NCBI GenBank assembly: GCA_013239625.1
Contig: MU055744.1
Span: forward strand, 124,001 to 188,000
Direction of reading: 5' to 3'
Origin: Lama guanicoe
Lineage: Eukaryota
Length of the DNA stretch: 64,000 nt
A model generated the notes under the pieces. The model ran no database searches. It saw only the letters and a list, made by a program, of their open reading frames with translations, and was not told the DNA's origin. Of this stretch, positions 25,161 through 37,529 are shown piece by piece. Every line of letters starts with the position of its first letter. Positions within the stretch are counted from its first letter, which is position 1. The position numbers and the translations under genes are program-made.

Positions 25161-28100
25161 CTGAGAAGGGTCAAAGTTGGTGAGGGACCTTCCAGGGTGC
25201 TGGGATGACCATGTGCGGAGACAGGAGGGCACCAGCCACACGCTCAGGACGCGCACGCCCTGCTGCACATACACCTCATTTTAACAAGAAAAAGATGGAC
25301 TTTCTATTCCTGGAGAGTCAAAAAAGATGGTGAAATCCCTACGTATGGCAAACGGTACGTGTTTATCCAGAGTAACCCTGCCTCACAACGTTAACAACGG
25401 CAGGGCAACTTCAAACACAGGTTTTCACACAGAAGACCTGCCCCAGCGGGGGCTGGAGCTAGCTCCCACCTCCGCCCCCCAGGAGAGTGGGGGCGCCCAG
25501 CACCCCACTGCCACTCTGCCGTTTTCTTGGCTGCAGGCCCCCTTCACAAGCTGAGACCCCACCTGGGTGCAGGGCCGGAGGACCTGGGGGAAGGACCGTC
25601 CTTGCAGGAAATCATCGAGACCAAGGCTGAGCCAGAGGCCACCAGGCAGCGGGGCACCAGCGTCCTTGACCTGGTGGTGGGCATCGGTGACTAATTCTCA
25701 GAAGGGGAGGTGGCACTGTCACAACCCCCGCGTGCTGCCTGGCCGTGCATGGGCCCCGAGGCCTGGAGGCCCACTTGGGCACCGAACTCCTGCTTCGGCC
25801 CGCGCCGTCTGGAGCTCAGGTAAGGCCGGTGCGACAACGCGGGGCAGCATGCAGTCTGCTACCCAGTAACGCCGGCACCTGTTCCCGCCTGGCCGTCCCC
25901 TTCCTGACAGTGCCAGCGCCTGGTGCCTGGTTCCGGAAGCCATCAGCGTATTCAGCTTCTCTCATTAAAAGCTGGGCTAGCAACAGGGAGAAGGTAAGCG
26001 AGCACGAGGCCTCCGCCTCGCCTCGCGCCCACCGCGACCCAGTCAGGAAGCCCACCGGCTCTGCCCTCCACAAGCATCTGCAGCTTGATGCCGGGTCAGG
26101 TCGGGCTCCGGTCACTGCCACCGTGACCTGGCTCACCACAGGGGTCTGCTGAGGCCCCGCAATACATGACCAGGACCCAGGTTCCTCCCTCAGGCCTCAA
26201 GGCTTCCAGGCTGCTCTGCCATCCCCAGCTCCACCTGGGGTCCCCGCGCTGGGCAAGGCCTCCTGAGACAGCCCTCGCTAAGACGGAGCCATGCCAGCCC
26301 TCCTCCTGCGAGGGCACCCCCACCCCCGCTCTGCTTGGTACCAGGCACTGCAGGCCTGGAGGCAGGAGTGGGAGGGCGGGGAGGAGGGACCCAGGCCTGG
26401 GCAGGGCTGCGGGAGTGCCCTCTGCTCCCTGGACTCCCGCGGTCCGCTGACTCCCACACCATCTGTCTGGCCCTTCTGCCCCGCCCCACTCCAAGCAGGG
26501 CGCCTGAGGCACCCCATCCCTCCGCCTCGTCCTCCCACCCCTGCTGCGTATTCGCCTCCCCAAATCACAGAAGTCCACAACACCTGCCCCAAATGCCATC
26601 TCCAACACCTGCGGGGACCTGAAGGGGCTCGGTCTCCACTCTGCTAAGCCTGCTCAGAGCTGGCACATCTCAGCCCAGACCCAGGGGGCAGCTTCTCCTG
26701 AGCGTGCCTCTGCCCCTACCCCCAAGGCTCAGCCCCTCGGTGGCACAGTGACATGCCCTCCCTCTGGACACACAGCCCAGGTGTTTGGGGAGGACAGGCT
26801 CAATCACAGGAAAGGCACAAGGCATGCACCCCATTCTTGGCATGGCCTGTGGGACCCGTGGGTCATTTTTCCGGGTTTTCTCCTCTGGACTTTCCTCCCC
26901 TGCTCGTGTGCGCTCACCATCCCTCCAGGAAACCCACCTGTCAGGCTGCGATCAGTCCCTGCTGGGGCACTGACCACGCTGGCGGGGTGAGGGCTGGCAT
27001 CTTCCACTGCCAGGAAGGGGCCCAAACCTGACTCTCAAAGCAAAGTCAAGAGGCCTTTTCTTCCTGGACCGTGCTCTGGTCCGCAGGTTACAACCACTGC
27101 TGCAACAACCTGTTTCTTCAGGTCCCAGAGGAACGACATTCCTGTCTGTCTCCCCAGAGCTAGCGATCCAGTGAGGCACACACGTGACCTTCACTCTACC
27201 TGTCGCTCCGCACAGATGTTTCCAGGCCCCTGCCATTGGTCACATGTGGAGCTGGGGAGACCGAGGTGGCATGACTCCCCATGCAGTCCATGGACCAGGG
27301 CCACACGGCACAACGCAGCCTCAGGTGGCAGAGATCTAGGACACAGGGTGACCTTGGAAGGGCATGTGGTGCACGCAACCCCGGTGTGTTAGGAGGCGCC
27401 CACAGGGCTCTTTCAGGCAAAAGGACCAGAGGGCACAGAGGCCCAACTCCCAGCTCCTGCCTTTGGGAGCCGCAGCCTCAGCGGACTGGGCTACGCAGGA
27501 GGCAGAGGCCGAGGCGAGGGGACGGAGGTGGGGGGAGGCCAGGCTGAGGGCTGGAGGCAGAGAGGGCAGCTGCTCAATTGTGTGACGACACTGCTACTGA
27601 GTGCTCAGGGAGCTTCTGCTCCTTAGAAAAGACTTCAAAAAAGCGATTCTTACAATTTTTTTTTGTTTGAAATTCAAACAAAAGTGAACTTTGCGGTATG
27701 TAAATCAGACTGCAATAAAACTGTTGAAGGAAGAAAACCAAAACTCAAGCAGCAATTTCGGATTGGCTGGGACCTCCACCTAAAGCTAGGAACTGTGAGT
27801 CCTTAAACATCGCAGTCCTGGCCGATGACATGTGGCCCCTGAGTCACGCAGGGCCAGGCGTGGCCTGCGCGCCTCTGCTGTGGGCTGGGAGTCAGGCCTG
27901 GCACGCCCCCCTGCTCTGCTGGACTCGAGGCCGGGGGCAGCGTCTGCTGTCACAAGCGCAGCTGTCCCGGGTCTCCACTGTCCCGGCCCATCATGAGTCG
28001 CCGTGCCTCCAGAGAGCCTCTGGCCCCCCGACCGCAGAGTAGCCTTCTGAGTCGCCCCACTCCCGGCTCCATCCCTCCGGGCAGCTGCCAACTCTCCGGA

Positions 28101-28739
28101 TCCCGGAGGCACGGGTGCTCCGACCAGTGTCCTCATCTTCCTCTCCGCATCCACCTCGGGGCTCCTGTCCAGCATCGAACAGGCACGCGGCTCCCACAGA
28201 CATAGGGGCGGCGGCCCCAGCCCCGCTCGCAGGCTCCCCCGCGCGAAAAAGGCCGGACAGGCCCCCCGACGCCCACCCCACCGGCTCGGGGCCGCGGCCG
28301 GGAACTGCAGGGTGGGCGCGGGCGAGTCCCCGGGCGCAGAGGGACAACCGGCGAGCCCGAGGGCAGGCCGCCCGGGAGCCCGTCCAACCCCGAGCGGGTG
28401 GGGAGGCCCCCCGCGGCAGGAAGGCGTGGGGGCCGCGGGCTGCAGCCGAGGCTCCGTGCGGGCAGCGGGCGGCGGGCGGGGACCGCGCGGACCCCGGCCC
28501 GGGACGCCGTGGACGCCCCGGCCGTTCGCGAACTTTCCGGCGCCGGCCCCGCTCCGACTTTCAGTTTCCGGCTCCGAGAAATCCCCTCGGGCCCGCGGGC
28601 GGCGGCGGCGGCGGCCGTGCCCTCGCCCTGCATCCCGGGGCCGCGCGCCCCGCCGCCCCCGCCCCTCTACCCTGACCAGCAACCCCGACTCGCGATCCGA
28701 CCCGACCGGACCCGACCCGACCCCAGCGTCCAGACTCAC

Positions 28740-28810
28740 CAACGGTCGCCGCGCGCCCGGAACTACTCGCCCGCCCGCCGCCGCCGCCGCCGCCGCCGCT
28801 GCCGCCGGCC
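28740..28810 (-). other. TRAF2: TRAF2 non-coding exon 1 (5' end approximate), splicing to the exon 2 acceptor at 21894
   Basis: Minus strand TAGTTCCGGGCGCGCGGCGACCGTTG|GTGAGT with a strong donor at 28739-28738. Resembles the recalled human TRAF2 5' UTR. Exon 2 acceptor is cctctcccctag|GGCTTGG. Confidence 0.75.
28775..28807. repeat. (CCG)8 CTG (CCG)2 trinucleotide repeat
   Basis: Read directly from the sequence. Confidence 0.9.
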
Positions 28811-29364
28811 CGCCCCTGAACTCGCCTGACGGACTGACGCGCGGACCTACCAGGAGCGCGCAGGGAGCCGCAGCGGGCGCCGGTTGGCCAGACTTCTCCC
28901 CCGCCCCTGCCTCGGGCCCGCCCTCCTGACGGACTGACACAAAAGCCTACCAAGTGCGCGCAGAAAGCCATAGCGGGCGCCGACTGGTCAGATTTCTTCC
29001 CTGCCCCTCCCATCTCGAGCCCGCACTTCTAACGGACTGACACAAGAGCCTACCAGAATCGCGCAGAAGCCGCAGCGAGCGCCGATTGGTCAGGGCTACC
29101 GCGGCGTGGGTACTTAAGTCACCCCTCCGGTTGTTTCCGAGCAAAGCGCGCCGGGAGTGGGGTAGCTTCCCGCCTGTAGAGTTCCCGGGTTTCCAGGCTT
29201 CTTGCAGCAAGACCCTGACTTCTCCTCGCTTCCGCGGGAGGGTCAGCCCCAGACCAAGGGCACTTTGCGCGGCGCCCGGCGCGGAGTTGGGCCCCCATGT
29301 GCGTTACATTCATGAGAAAAAGCACAGAGACGCTGCTCACCTAAAGGGTATGAAGGCGTGTGCG

Positions 29365-29520
29365 GTCTCCTTCCAGGTAGTGAAACGTTCTGGAACTGGA
29401 GAGTGGTGATGGTTGCCTGACGTTGCGAACGTACAAATGACACTGAATGACACGCTTTAAAATGGTTTAAATGGTGACTTTCATATCGTGAGAATTTTAC
29501 CACCAAACGAAACTAAAAAT
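29365..29520 (+). mobile_element. L1MB-like 3'-terminal fragment
   Basis: gttctggaactggagagtggtgatggttgc...ctttaaaatggtttaaatggtgactttcatatcgtgagaattttaccacc. Confidence 0.65.
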
Positions 29521-32500
29521 GCACAACGTATGGCACTTGGAAACACACGGAAACATCTAGAAACGAGGCGGTGGTCTTGGCCAGAAAAGCGGGGACAGCA
29601 CCAGGAGGGCAGAGTGTTGACCCCACCACTGCTGCTAAGCATGTGACCAGAGGAGGGGCCGCTTCCTTATCTGCTAAAGGAGAGTCTGGACAAAATGGAC
29701 ACTCTACCGGTGAACATGGGCTTTCTGAATACCTGAGGACAGCGTCTCCTCTCATGCCAGCACCCAGCAATGTGGACGGCTCTCCTCATTTTGCAGAAAA
29801 GGAAACAGGCTCAGAGAGGCAAGATTCCTTACCCAGGTCACATAGCACACTGGGCACCGGACCTCAGGGGGATCATCTGAAGCCACGCGAACGTTTCAGG
29901 GACCGAGGAACCCATACCAGGCAGGCTTTGAAGTACACGTTTAAACCATCTGTACTTTGGCCAGCAGAGCTCACAGCACACTGCAAGATCATTCCTTGGT
30001 TTGGAGTCGGAATTCCCCCGTCCCAAACTCCCCCGGCCCTGGGATACAGCAGCGAGGCTACCCTGCGTCCAATACAGGTTCCATGAACTGAGGGATTGAG
30101 TTTGCCATGAGCAGCTGTGGAAAACCCCCTGCCTGGCCTCCGTCCCCACCTACAGGTTCCACGTGGTTTCCCTCCAGCCCCACGGCTAAGCGAGCTCTCA
30201 GGTGTAAGGAGTTTCTCCTCCCAGGGCCTGGGAGGCCAAGGCCATCCTGTGAACCCACCGGCATCCCAGAAGGAAATGATTCTTGCTGCAGAGAGGGTCA
30301 CCTGCAGCACTGCACCCCTCCTTCTTCAGGGCAAAAGCAAGAAGGCTTCGCCTGCCTTTTGCAGTGACTCCCTGGGGAGGGTCAGAACTCACTCACCCTT
30401 CCAGCATCGGGGACCGTGCGGGAGTGCTGGGCTCAGGGCCACCTCAGCCCCACTCTGCATCCAGAAGAGATTTCCTGGACGAAGACCTTGCTTCCTGGGA
30501 AGGCAGCTGCCTGCAGCCCTTAGCACTGACAGGCTAAGCCATTCCCCAAACACCTGCCCGTGCGTCCAGCATTAAAATGCTCCCACGAGTTCCAGACTGC
30601 CACTTACAGAGGATTTTCACGCATGCATTTTGTGTGTGAGTGTGTGAGAGAGAGATTCTGACAACAGGCCTGCAGAGTTGAGAACGGGACAGGGAGGCTC
30701 GGCAGGGAGGGGCTGCTGATTGAGAAGTGGCCAACCCACCCCGCCCGCCAGTGCGGGGGGGGGGGTGACACCTCGGTCCTGGCAGGCTGGAAAGGGATGA
30801 CTCATTCTGGTCGTCTGTGATTCAGGGGATTCCCACTCAGGTTCCTTCCTGCCAAAAAGAAAGCAAAACTCAGCCTGCTGAGGCAGCCGTGTGGGGAGGG
30901 GCTGAGGAGGTGGCGGGGACAGCCCCAGGCAGACCTGGAGAGACGGGCGCCCTCCTCCTGCTCCCTGAGGGCTGGGGTGTCAGGGGCAGAGGGCATGACA
31001 TTTCAGGCCTGGTGCCTCTGTCCTGCACCTTGGTGCCCCCCGGAGAGAGGCGTGGGCCTGGCTGCTGGTCCCGGTGGGTGCTGCGGTGGGCGCCGGCTGC
31101 CCATGGGCTCGTCCAGCCGAGAGAGAGGCCCCATCAGCTGCCCGTAGGTCTGCAGACACCCAGGGCGGGTGTTGCCCCAGGGCCCCTCTCCCAGGCCCCA
31201 GGCGGCCTTCCCCGCCCCCTTGGCTTTCCTTCCTCAGGTCATTGGCTCAGTCCAAGACACTTCTGAACGCTAGTGGCACCTCCACTCCCCACAGCGTGGC
31301 CAGTCCCCTGGACACCCTCACCTTGTGTCCTTTACTCACTCAGGCCTTTGGGAGAAGAGCACACAGGGCCAGGAGGCGGAAAGGCTGACGTGGACCCCGG
31401 CCATGGGATGCCCTGTTATGGTCAGTGCTGTCCCCAGAGCAGAGGCCGGCACTGGGCAGAGCCAGCCTCCCAGGACAATCTGCTTCCCATCCTAAGAATT
31501 CGTCCCTGCTTCTTTTCTCGTTTTTCAGACATTTGAAGGTCAAGCCTGGGCCACAGCTTCTGAAAGAACCCAGTTTCATTCTCACTGTAGTCACCTGATG
31601 GACCCATTTCCAGAAAGGCTGGCCTCAAGCCCTGCCCAGAATTCCCCTGCACCCACACCAGCCCCGTGGGGCTCCCCCGCTCCCCTCCGGGAAGTGCACA
31701 GCCAGCGCCGTCCCTCCCTCAGGGCAATCCCCAAGAAAAGGAGAAAGACACGGGTGGAGGCAGCAGCCAGCACTCCGGGACCAGGGCCCCTGCCCCCCAG
31801 CAATGTGAGCCCACCCTTGCCCAGGCCCTCACACAGACCGTAGACTGCACTGGGGAAGAGAGTCTGGTGGCGGCCAACATGTGCACACCGCGGCATTCTC
31901 TGCAAGCAAAGGTGGAAAAGGATGGTTTTCCCGTTCACGTGTGTTCTTGCAGACTTGGGAAGCACGCAGAAGAAAGTAATAAAAAAGTGTAGGGGGCAGG
32001 GAGTGGGGTGTGGTCCCTGTACCTCATCCCACAGGTTTTAAAACCACTGATTCAAAAACATTTGGTTTTCAGCTACAGAAGGACATTTCAGAAGCTCTGG
32101 AAAACACAGAAAAGTACCAAGAAGAGGGTAAAGGTCATCTCACATCTTGGTGAAAGGACAAGCTCTGCCAAGATTCCCCACTCAACACCCACCTCCCTTC
32201 CGCCAATTTCAGAAAACTGATGCCACCCCACACGCGGAGCCCAAGGCCTGAAGGACAGCATCGCAGGCAGCACTGCAGGTGCCTAGGCTGCCCTGGCCAT
32301 CCCGGGCCTCTGATCGCGGGGCTGACCTGGCCCCAGGGTCTTTGCCCCAGTTTCTCACCCGGACCAGCTCCCTCCCTCCCCAGGCGCTGGGCACAGCCTG
32401 GATCCTCGGCAGATCTTAGGGCCTCGGGATAGAGACGGTCTCTCTCCTGTTAGCCCTGAGTTAAGTGGGCCCCTCCCCCACGCCCCGTGGTGGCCTGTGC

Positions 32501-33229
32501 ACTTGTGTCCTCCCGATGTGGGTCCCTGGAGGGCAGCAGCGGCGGGTCCGCGCGCGCCCTCTGCCGGCCGCACCCGGAACTGCAGCCCTGGCCCCCTGAC
32601 TCCCTGCCGGACCTCCCGCCCAGACACCGCGCACCGGCTCCCCGTGGGCACCTCGCTCCACCGCCTCACTTCGAACCCGCAGACCATAAGATGGCCCTCC
32701 TCACACTCGGACCCAGCAAGTGAATCACTCGGCCGAAATCCAGGGCCCGTGTCCGGGAGGCCCGGGGTACTCCTCCGAGGATCTCCCCGCACTCACCTCG
32801 CAGCAGGTAGGTAATCCCCGCCACACTACTGCCACCTTCCTCAGTGGGGCTCCCACCTGTCCAGGACCCAGCATCCTTCAGCCCAACTGGAACCTGTGAT
32901 CCTCGTTCTGCCACCTGCCAACCATCCTTCCTTGCTTCCCCAGACCCCTGGCCCATCCCTGGCAGCCCCACCCTCTCCAGCCGCCCCCCCCCCACCCTGT
33001 GCCTGGCTCAGTCTAGGTGGTTCTGCCTTCTGCACCTAAAGGAAGTCGCTGCCAGTGCGCTTGAGAAGTTGGCGGCCTCCTCCACTGGCCGGTCCAGCCC
33101 CTGGCCCTCCTGGACCACAACCGCCCTCTCCTGCCACCTACCTGGCCTTTCCAGTCCTCACTGATGACCAGAGGGTGCCAGATGGATTTTCTAAACCCCC
33201 TTCTCCGTGGACCAGGTGTACTCAGTGAC

Positions 33230-34070
33230 AAGGACAGTGGCCTGGAGAGAAAAGCACGTTCTTGTGCTGAACTTCGTGTACCTAATCAGGAGAAGACAAA
33301 GTAAATACACCCAATAAACAGTGCAGGAAGGGGGAAGGTGGCGAAGCAAAACTTACGTTACGTTCGTGTACTTTTTCAAAAACAAGGGGAATACTTACCA
33401 ACATACCCTTTTCCACAGTAATGAATACAACTATTGACCAGTTTCTGGCTTTGAGCCTTAATATCTACAAATCTGACAATGATTTTTGCCACAATTGATC
33501 TTTTTCTTGTCTCGTTCAGTAGAGAGTTCAGCCATATTTGTCCATCTATTGTCACTTGTAGTTGACCAAAGAATACTTTCTATTAACCTTAATAAACTGT
33601 TGGTAATTTTTTTCACTCAAAACCACAGGTGCACAAAGTTAGGAAGAACCTCCACTTCCCAGTACATCCAAGAGACTGTGATTCTGTCGGTGTCTTTGGT
33701 TGAAGCCGATCCTAGTGCCTCTGAGACATCTCGCCTGTGGAAAATTGTAAATTCAAGTGAAAAACTACAAGTAGCTGTAAAGAATAATGGAATTGAAGTA
33801 ACTCGAGTGTAGTGGCCATGCTGACATCTGCTTTGCTTTAAGTGCAGGAGCACAGAGTTCCACCAGGGTCTGAAGTACACGCTGCACTCAAATGTTAGGA
33901 ACGTCCCCCTGAAACGTAGGGTGTAGCTGATTTCCACATGGGATACAAGGTGTGCGAAAGGCCTGCTATCCAGAGCATGCTGATGCCAGGGGCTGACAGG
34001 AGACATTTTGAGAAGGAGTATTTTATCACTGACAGCATTCAGGATCGCTAAATGAACCTTGGTTAACTGC
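33230..34070. mobile_element. AT-rich ancient repeat relic, possibly an internal hAT transposon fragment
   Basis: Abrupt AT-rich block in a GC-rich isochore, similar in composition to the hAT end at 39601-40162. No diagnostic motif is certain. Confidence 0.3.
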
Positions 34071-34450
34071 ATCATGTAAGGTCTACCCTTTGGGTCACAG
34101 AATGAGGATGATCATCATAGGTTAGCTGTCCTGGCTCTGTGCAAACCCAGAGGCCCAGGCTGGGCCGCAGGGAGGGGCCAAACCCTGTGTAAGGACAGCT
34201 GGACCCCAGATCCCCTACCAGCCCATATTGCCAGGCAACTTGTCCCTTCTCACTGCTATGGAAGGCAGGAGGTGATGGGTCCAAAGGACACAAGACTCAG
34301 TTCTTCCCCATGGCTGCCACCTAGCTAAGCAGGAAATGGTTGGCCAGATGTTGCTCTTTGGGACCCTCAGATGGCTCTGTCCCACCCTGATTGCCCCAAA
34401 GAAGAGCTCACCCTGGAACGGCCTACTCTGCACACAAGGCTCCCAGCTAC

Positions 34451-34600
34451 AGGGAGGGGACAGCTCAAGTGGCAGAGTACATGCCTGGCACGCAGGAGGT
34501 CCTGGGTTCAATCCCCAGTACCTCCATTAAAGTAAGTAAAAACCCAAATTACCTCCCCCACCAGCAGTAAAATTAAATTTTAAAAAATTAAAAAAGAAAA
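34451..34600 (+). mobile_element. tRNA-derived SINE (camelid vic-1-like)
   Basis: gggagggggacagctcaagtggcagag...gaggtcctgggttcaatccccagtacctcc...aattacctccccc followed by an A-rich tail. Confidence 0.85.
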
Positions 34601-34819
34601 CCAACAAACAAGGCCCCCAGCTCCCCCCAAGGACCACCCTCTTGGACAAGACAGCCAAGGGTCAGGACAGTTGAGTGAAAGAAGGAGACCAAAACTGATG
34701 ACAGGAGGGGAAGGATGATGTAGGCACTTGCAGAAAACATGACAAGAACTTAACTTGGTAACCTCAGAGGAACAGAGAAGGGAACACATGAAACAGGCCC
34801 TTGTGAAGCCCAGTGCCAC

Positions 34820-37212
34820 AGAAGGGACATCCAGAATGTAACAGGGAGCACTTACAAATCAAATATGTGATTCAGATTAAAGAAAAAAGTCAGTGAAAGG
34901 GTTGTAAGTTGAGGAAATCTCCCAAAAGTGGAGCAGAAATGAAAGGAGTTAACAATAGAAAAGATAAGGATAGTCATAGCCCCAGGAGGAATTCTAAGAT
35001 CTTAGTTACAGGAATTCCAGAAAGTCAAAACAAACAATGAAGGGAGGAAGTTACTGAGGGAATAGCACCAGGAAGCTGAAAGGTGTTAGTATCCAAATTT
35101 CTGAGGTCTAGATCGTGGAGCACGTGGGGGGGGGGGGGGGACGGGACACCAAGGCCATCACCCTGAGGTCACAGAGAAAGGAGAGCAAACAGAAGAAACT
35201 AAAACCTCCAGAGAGGGGATGGGGAGGAGAAAGAGGGAGGGAGGGGGAGGGGAGGGAGGGACAGACAGAGACAGCGGGAGGAGGGAGAGAGGAGCAAGAG
35301 CACACAGCAGAGCGCATGTAAAGGACAAACAGCACGAGACAGGGGACCTCTCAACAGGAGCATGGAAACTAGAAGACAACGGGACACGCCACTGAAATTC
35401 TAAGAGAAAAGTGTTCATGTTCCAACCTGTAACTTGTTGCTCAAACTGCCAATCAATCAGACTGAGGATGGGGTAAAGATATTTTCAAAAAAATCTCCTC
35501 CCATGCACTCGTGGTCTGGAAGCCCACCCTGACTTGGCTGGGGAGAACAGGCTGCAGAGCGTGAGGCCGGGGAAACACAGGGCTGGCCAGTCACCTGAGG
35601 GGTGGAGAGGAGATTTACACCTCTGACCGACAGTCAGGGGCCCAATCAACGGGGGTAAATAAAAAGGAAGCAGCAAACATGCAGCTAACCCCCCAAATTA
35701 GAGACACTAGTCAACACAAGGAAAACGTGATAAGGGAAAGGAAATAGAGTCGAATCAGAGTGTATTATGTGGATTTGCTGTGAACAATACTCATCAAAAT
35801 CCTGACAAAGGATGTAGTCAACAACTTTTCAGCTATCAGTGACAAGTAGCATGTTGGTCTGTTGATCCAACATGACGTCGTTAGCTTCCACAGGGTGTTC
35901 ACCCCTCCCTGTCCACTCCCTCTGTCCTGGTCAGTCCAGTTTACTGCCCATGCTCCCCCGAGCAAAGCCTCGACCCCATGTTCACAACCCCATCCTCCAC
36001 ACTGTGGCCAAAGGGCTCTTCCCAAAGGCAAACCTTAGTGGGTTACTCCTGCTCTCATCCCAAAAGGATTTCTTTTCAGAAAGTGTCTGTCTGGAGGTGT
36101 CAGACCTGTGACACCTTCCACATTGGAGATGGATCCCAGATATCACTTCCTGTGACACCTTCTTCAGTGGAGATGGAGCCTGGGTATGATATCTGAAATG
36201 AAAACTCTGTTTGGGTTTAATATCATATTGGAGATGGCAGAAACTAGGATGAGTAATCCTGAGGACAGAACCAAAGAAATTATCCAATTGAAAAACAGAG
36301 AGTAAAGACTGAAAAACAGAACTGTGAGAAGTAACAAGCAGAATTACATACGTACATTAGTTGGAGTTTCAGAAGAAGAAAATGAAGAGAATGGAGCAGC
36401 AAAATAAAAATGTTTGAATGCTAGTAAAAATTTTCCCAATTTGATGAAAAACATTCATATGTAGATCCAAGAAGCTCAGCAAACTCAAGCAGAATAAATA
36501 CGTACACTTGGGTGCATAATCGGAAACCCCAACCCCTCAAAAAAGGAGAAAACCTTGAAAGCAGCCAGAGAACATGTCACATCACGTGCAGGGGACAATG
36601 ATACAGGTGGATATGAAAGATGACTGATTTATCATTGGAAGCAATGGAAGTCAGAAGACAATGGGATGACATCTACAAAATATATCCTTCAAAAATAAGT
36701 GTGGCAGTTCCTCAAAAAGTTAAAAGTAGAATTTACATATGATACAACAGTTCCGCTCCTGGGAATATATCTAAATAATCGAAATTAAGGCCTTGAAGAG
36801 GTATATGTACATCCATGTTCACAGCAACACTATCCACAATAGCTAAACGTCAAAGCAATCCAAGTGTTCATCAGTGGATGAATGAGTAAGCNNNNNNNNN
36901 NNNNNNNNNNNNNNNNNNNNNNNNNNNNNNNNNNNNNNNNNNNNNNNNNNNNNNNNNNNNNNNNNNNNNNNNNNNNNNNNNNNNNNNNNNNNNNNNNNNN
37001 NNNNNNNNNNNNNNNNNNNNNNNNNNNNNNNNTGAGGTTTCTAGAATTAAGTCATAGAGACAGAATGGAGAATGATGGGTACCAAGGGCTAGGGGGAGGG
37101 GGGAATGAGTAGGCAGTGTTTCATGGGGACAGAGTTTCAGTTTTACAAGATGAAGAGTTCTGGAGATGGATGATGGTGATAGTTTCACAATACTACAAAT
37201 GTATTTAATGCC
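34820..37212 (+). mobile_element. Cluster of L1M fragments (ORF1 remnants and an L1MB-like 3' end spanning an N gap)
   Basis: ORF1-like text at about 34830-35100 and 36250-36690 (ttttcccaatttgatgaaaaacatt...gatccaagaagctcagcaaac). 3'-end text ggcagttcctcaaaaagttaaa...gagttctggagatggatgatggtgatag at about 36700-37210. Confidence 0.7.
36892..37032. other. Assembly gap (141 N)
   Basis: Run of N. Confidence 1.
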
Positions 37213-37529
37213 TCTTTCCAGGCAGGCTCCTCCTTCACATTCTTTGGGGTCCATTGCAGTGACCACAGGCATTTTTGGGACCCCACCAAGACGAGCGTGA
37301 GTTGGGATGCATTTACTCGGGGCTTATCGGATATTTTTACTCTGTTCACAGTCTTGCTGGCCTGTCCTGGGGCAGATATGTCTTCTATGGCTACCAACTA
37401 CCCACCTCACAACACCCGGAACTGGAAGTATGCAGGAGAGAAGGAGAAACAAGGTTTGTCCTATGAACCAGAAGGGAGACTGCAGAACTGTCAGCAGAGG
37501 ACTCAGTTCTCCAGACACCGGGATAGAAT

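Larger units (their letters stand above)
28190..29290 (-). promoter_or_regulatory. TRAF2 CpG-island promoter
   Basis: Dense CpG, GC boxes, CCAAT-type (gattgg) motif; contains TRAF2 non-coding exon 1. Confidence 0.85.

Noticed and set aside
28200-28740. Possible intronic miRNA hairpin (human has an annotated MIR4479 near here)
   Set aside because: No distinct hairpin or mature sequence can be supported from the sequence; any GC-rich stretch folds.
27786-28940. 384-aa minus-strand ORF and overlapping ORFs
   Set aside because: Low-complexity Gly/Arg/Pro/Ala translation of the TRAF2 CpG island; stop codons are rare in GC-rich DNA and no domain is recognisable.
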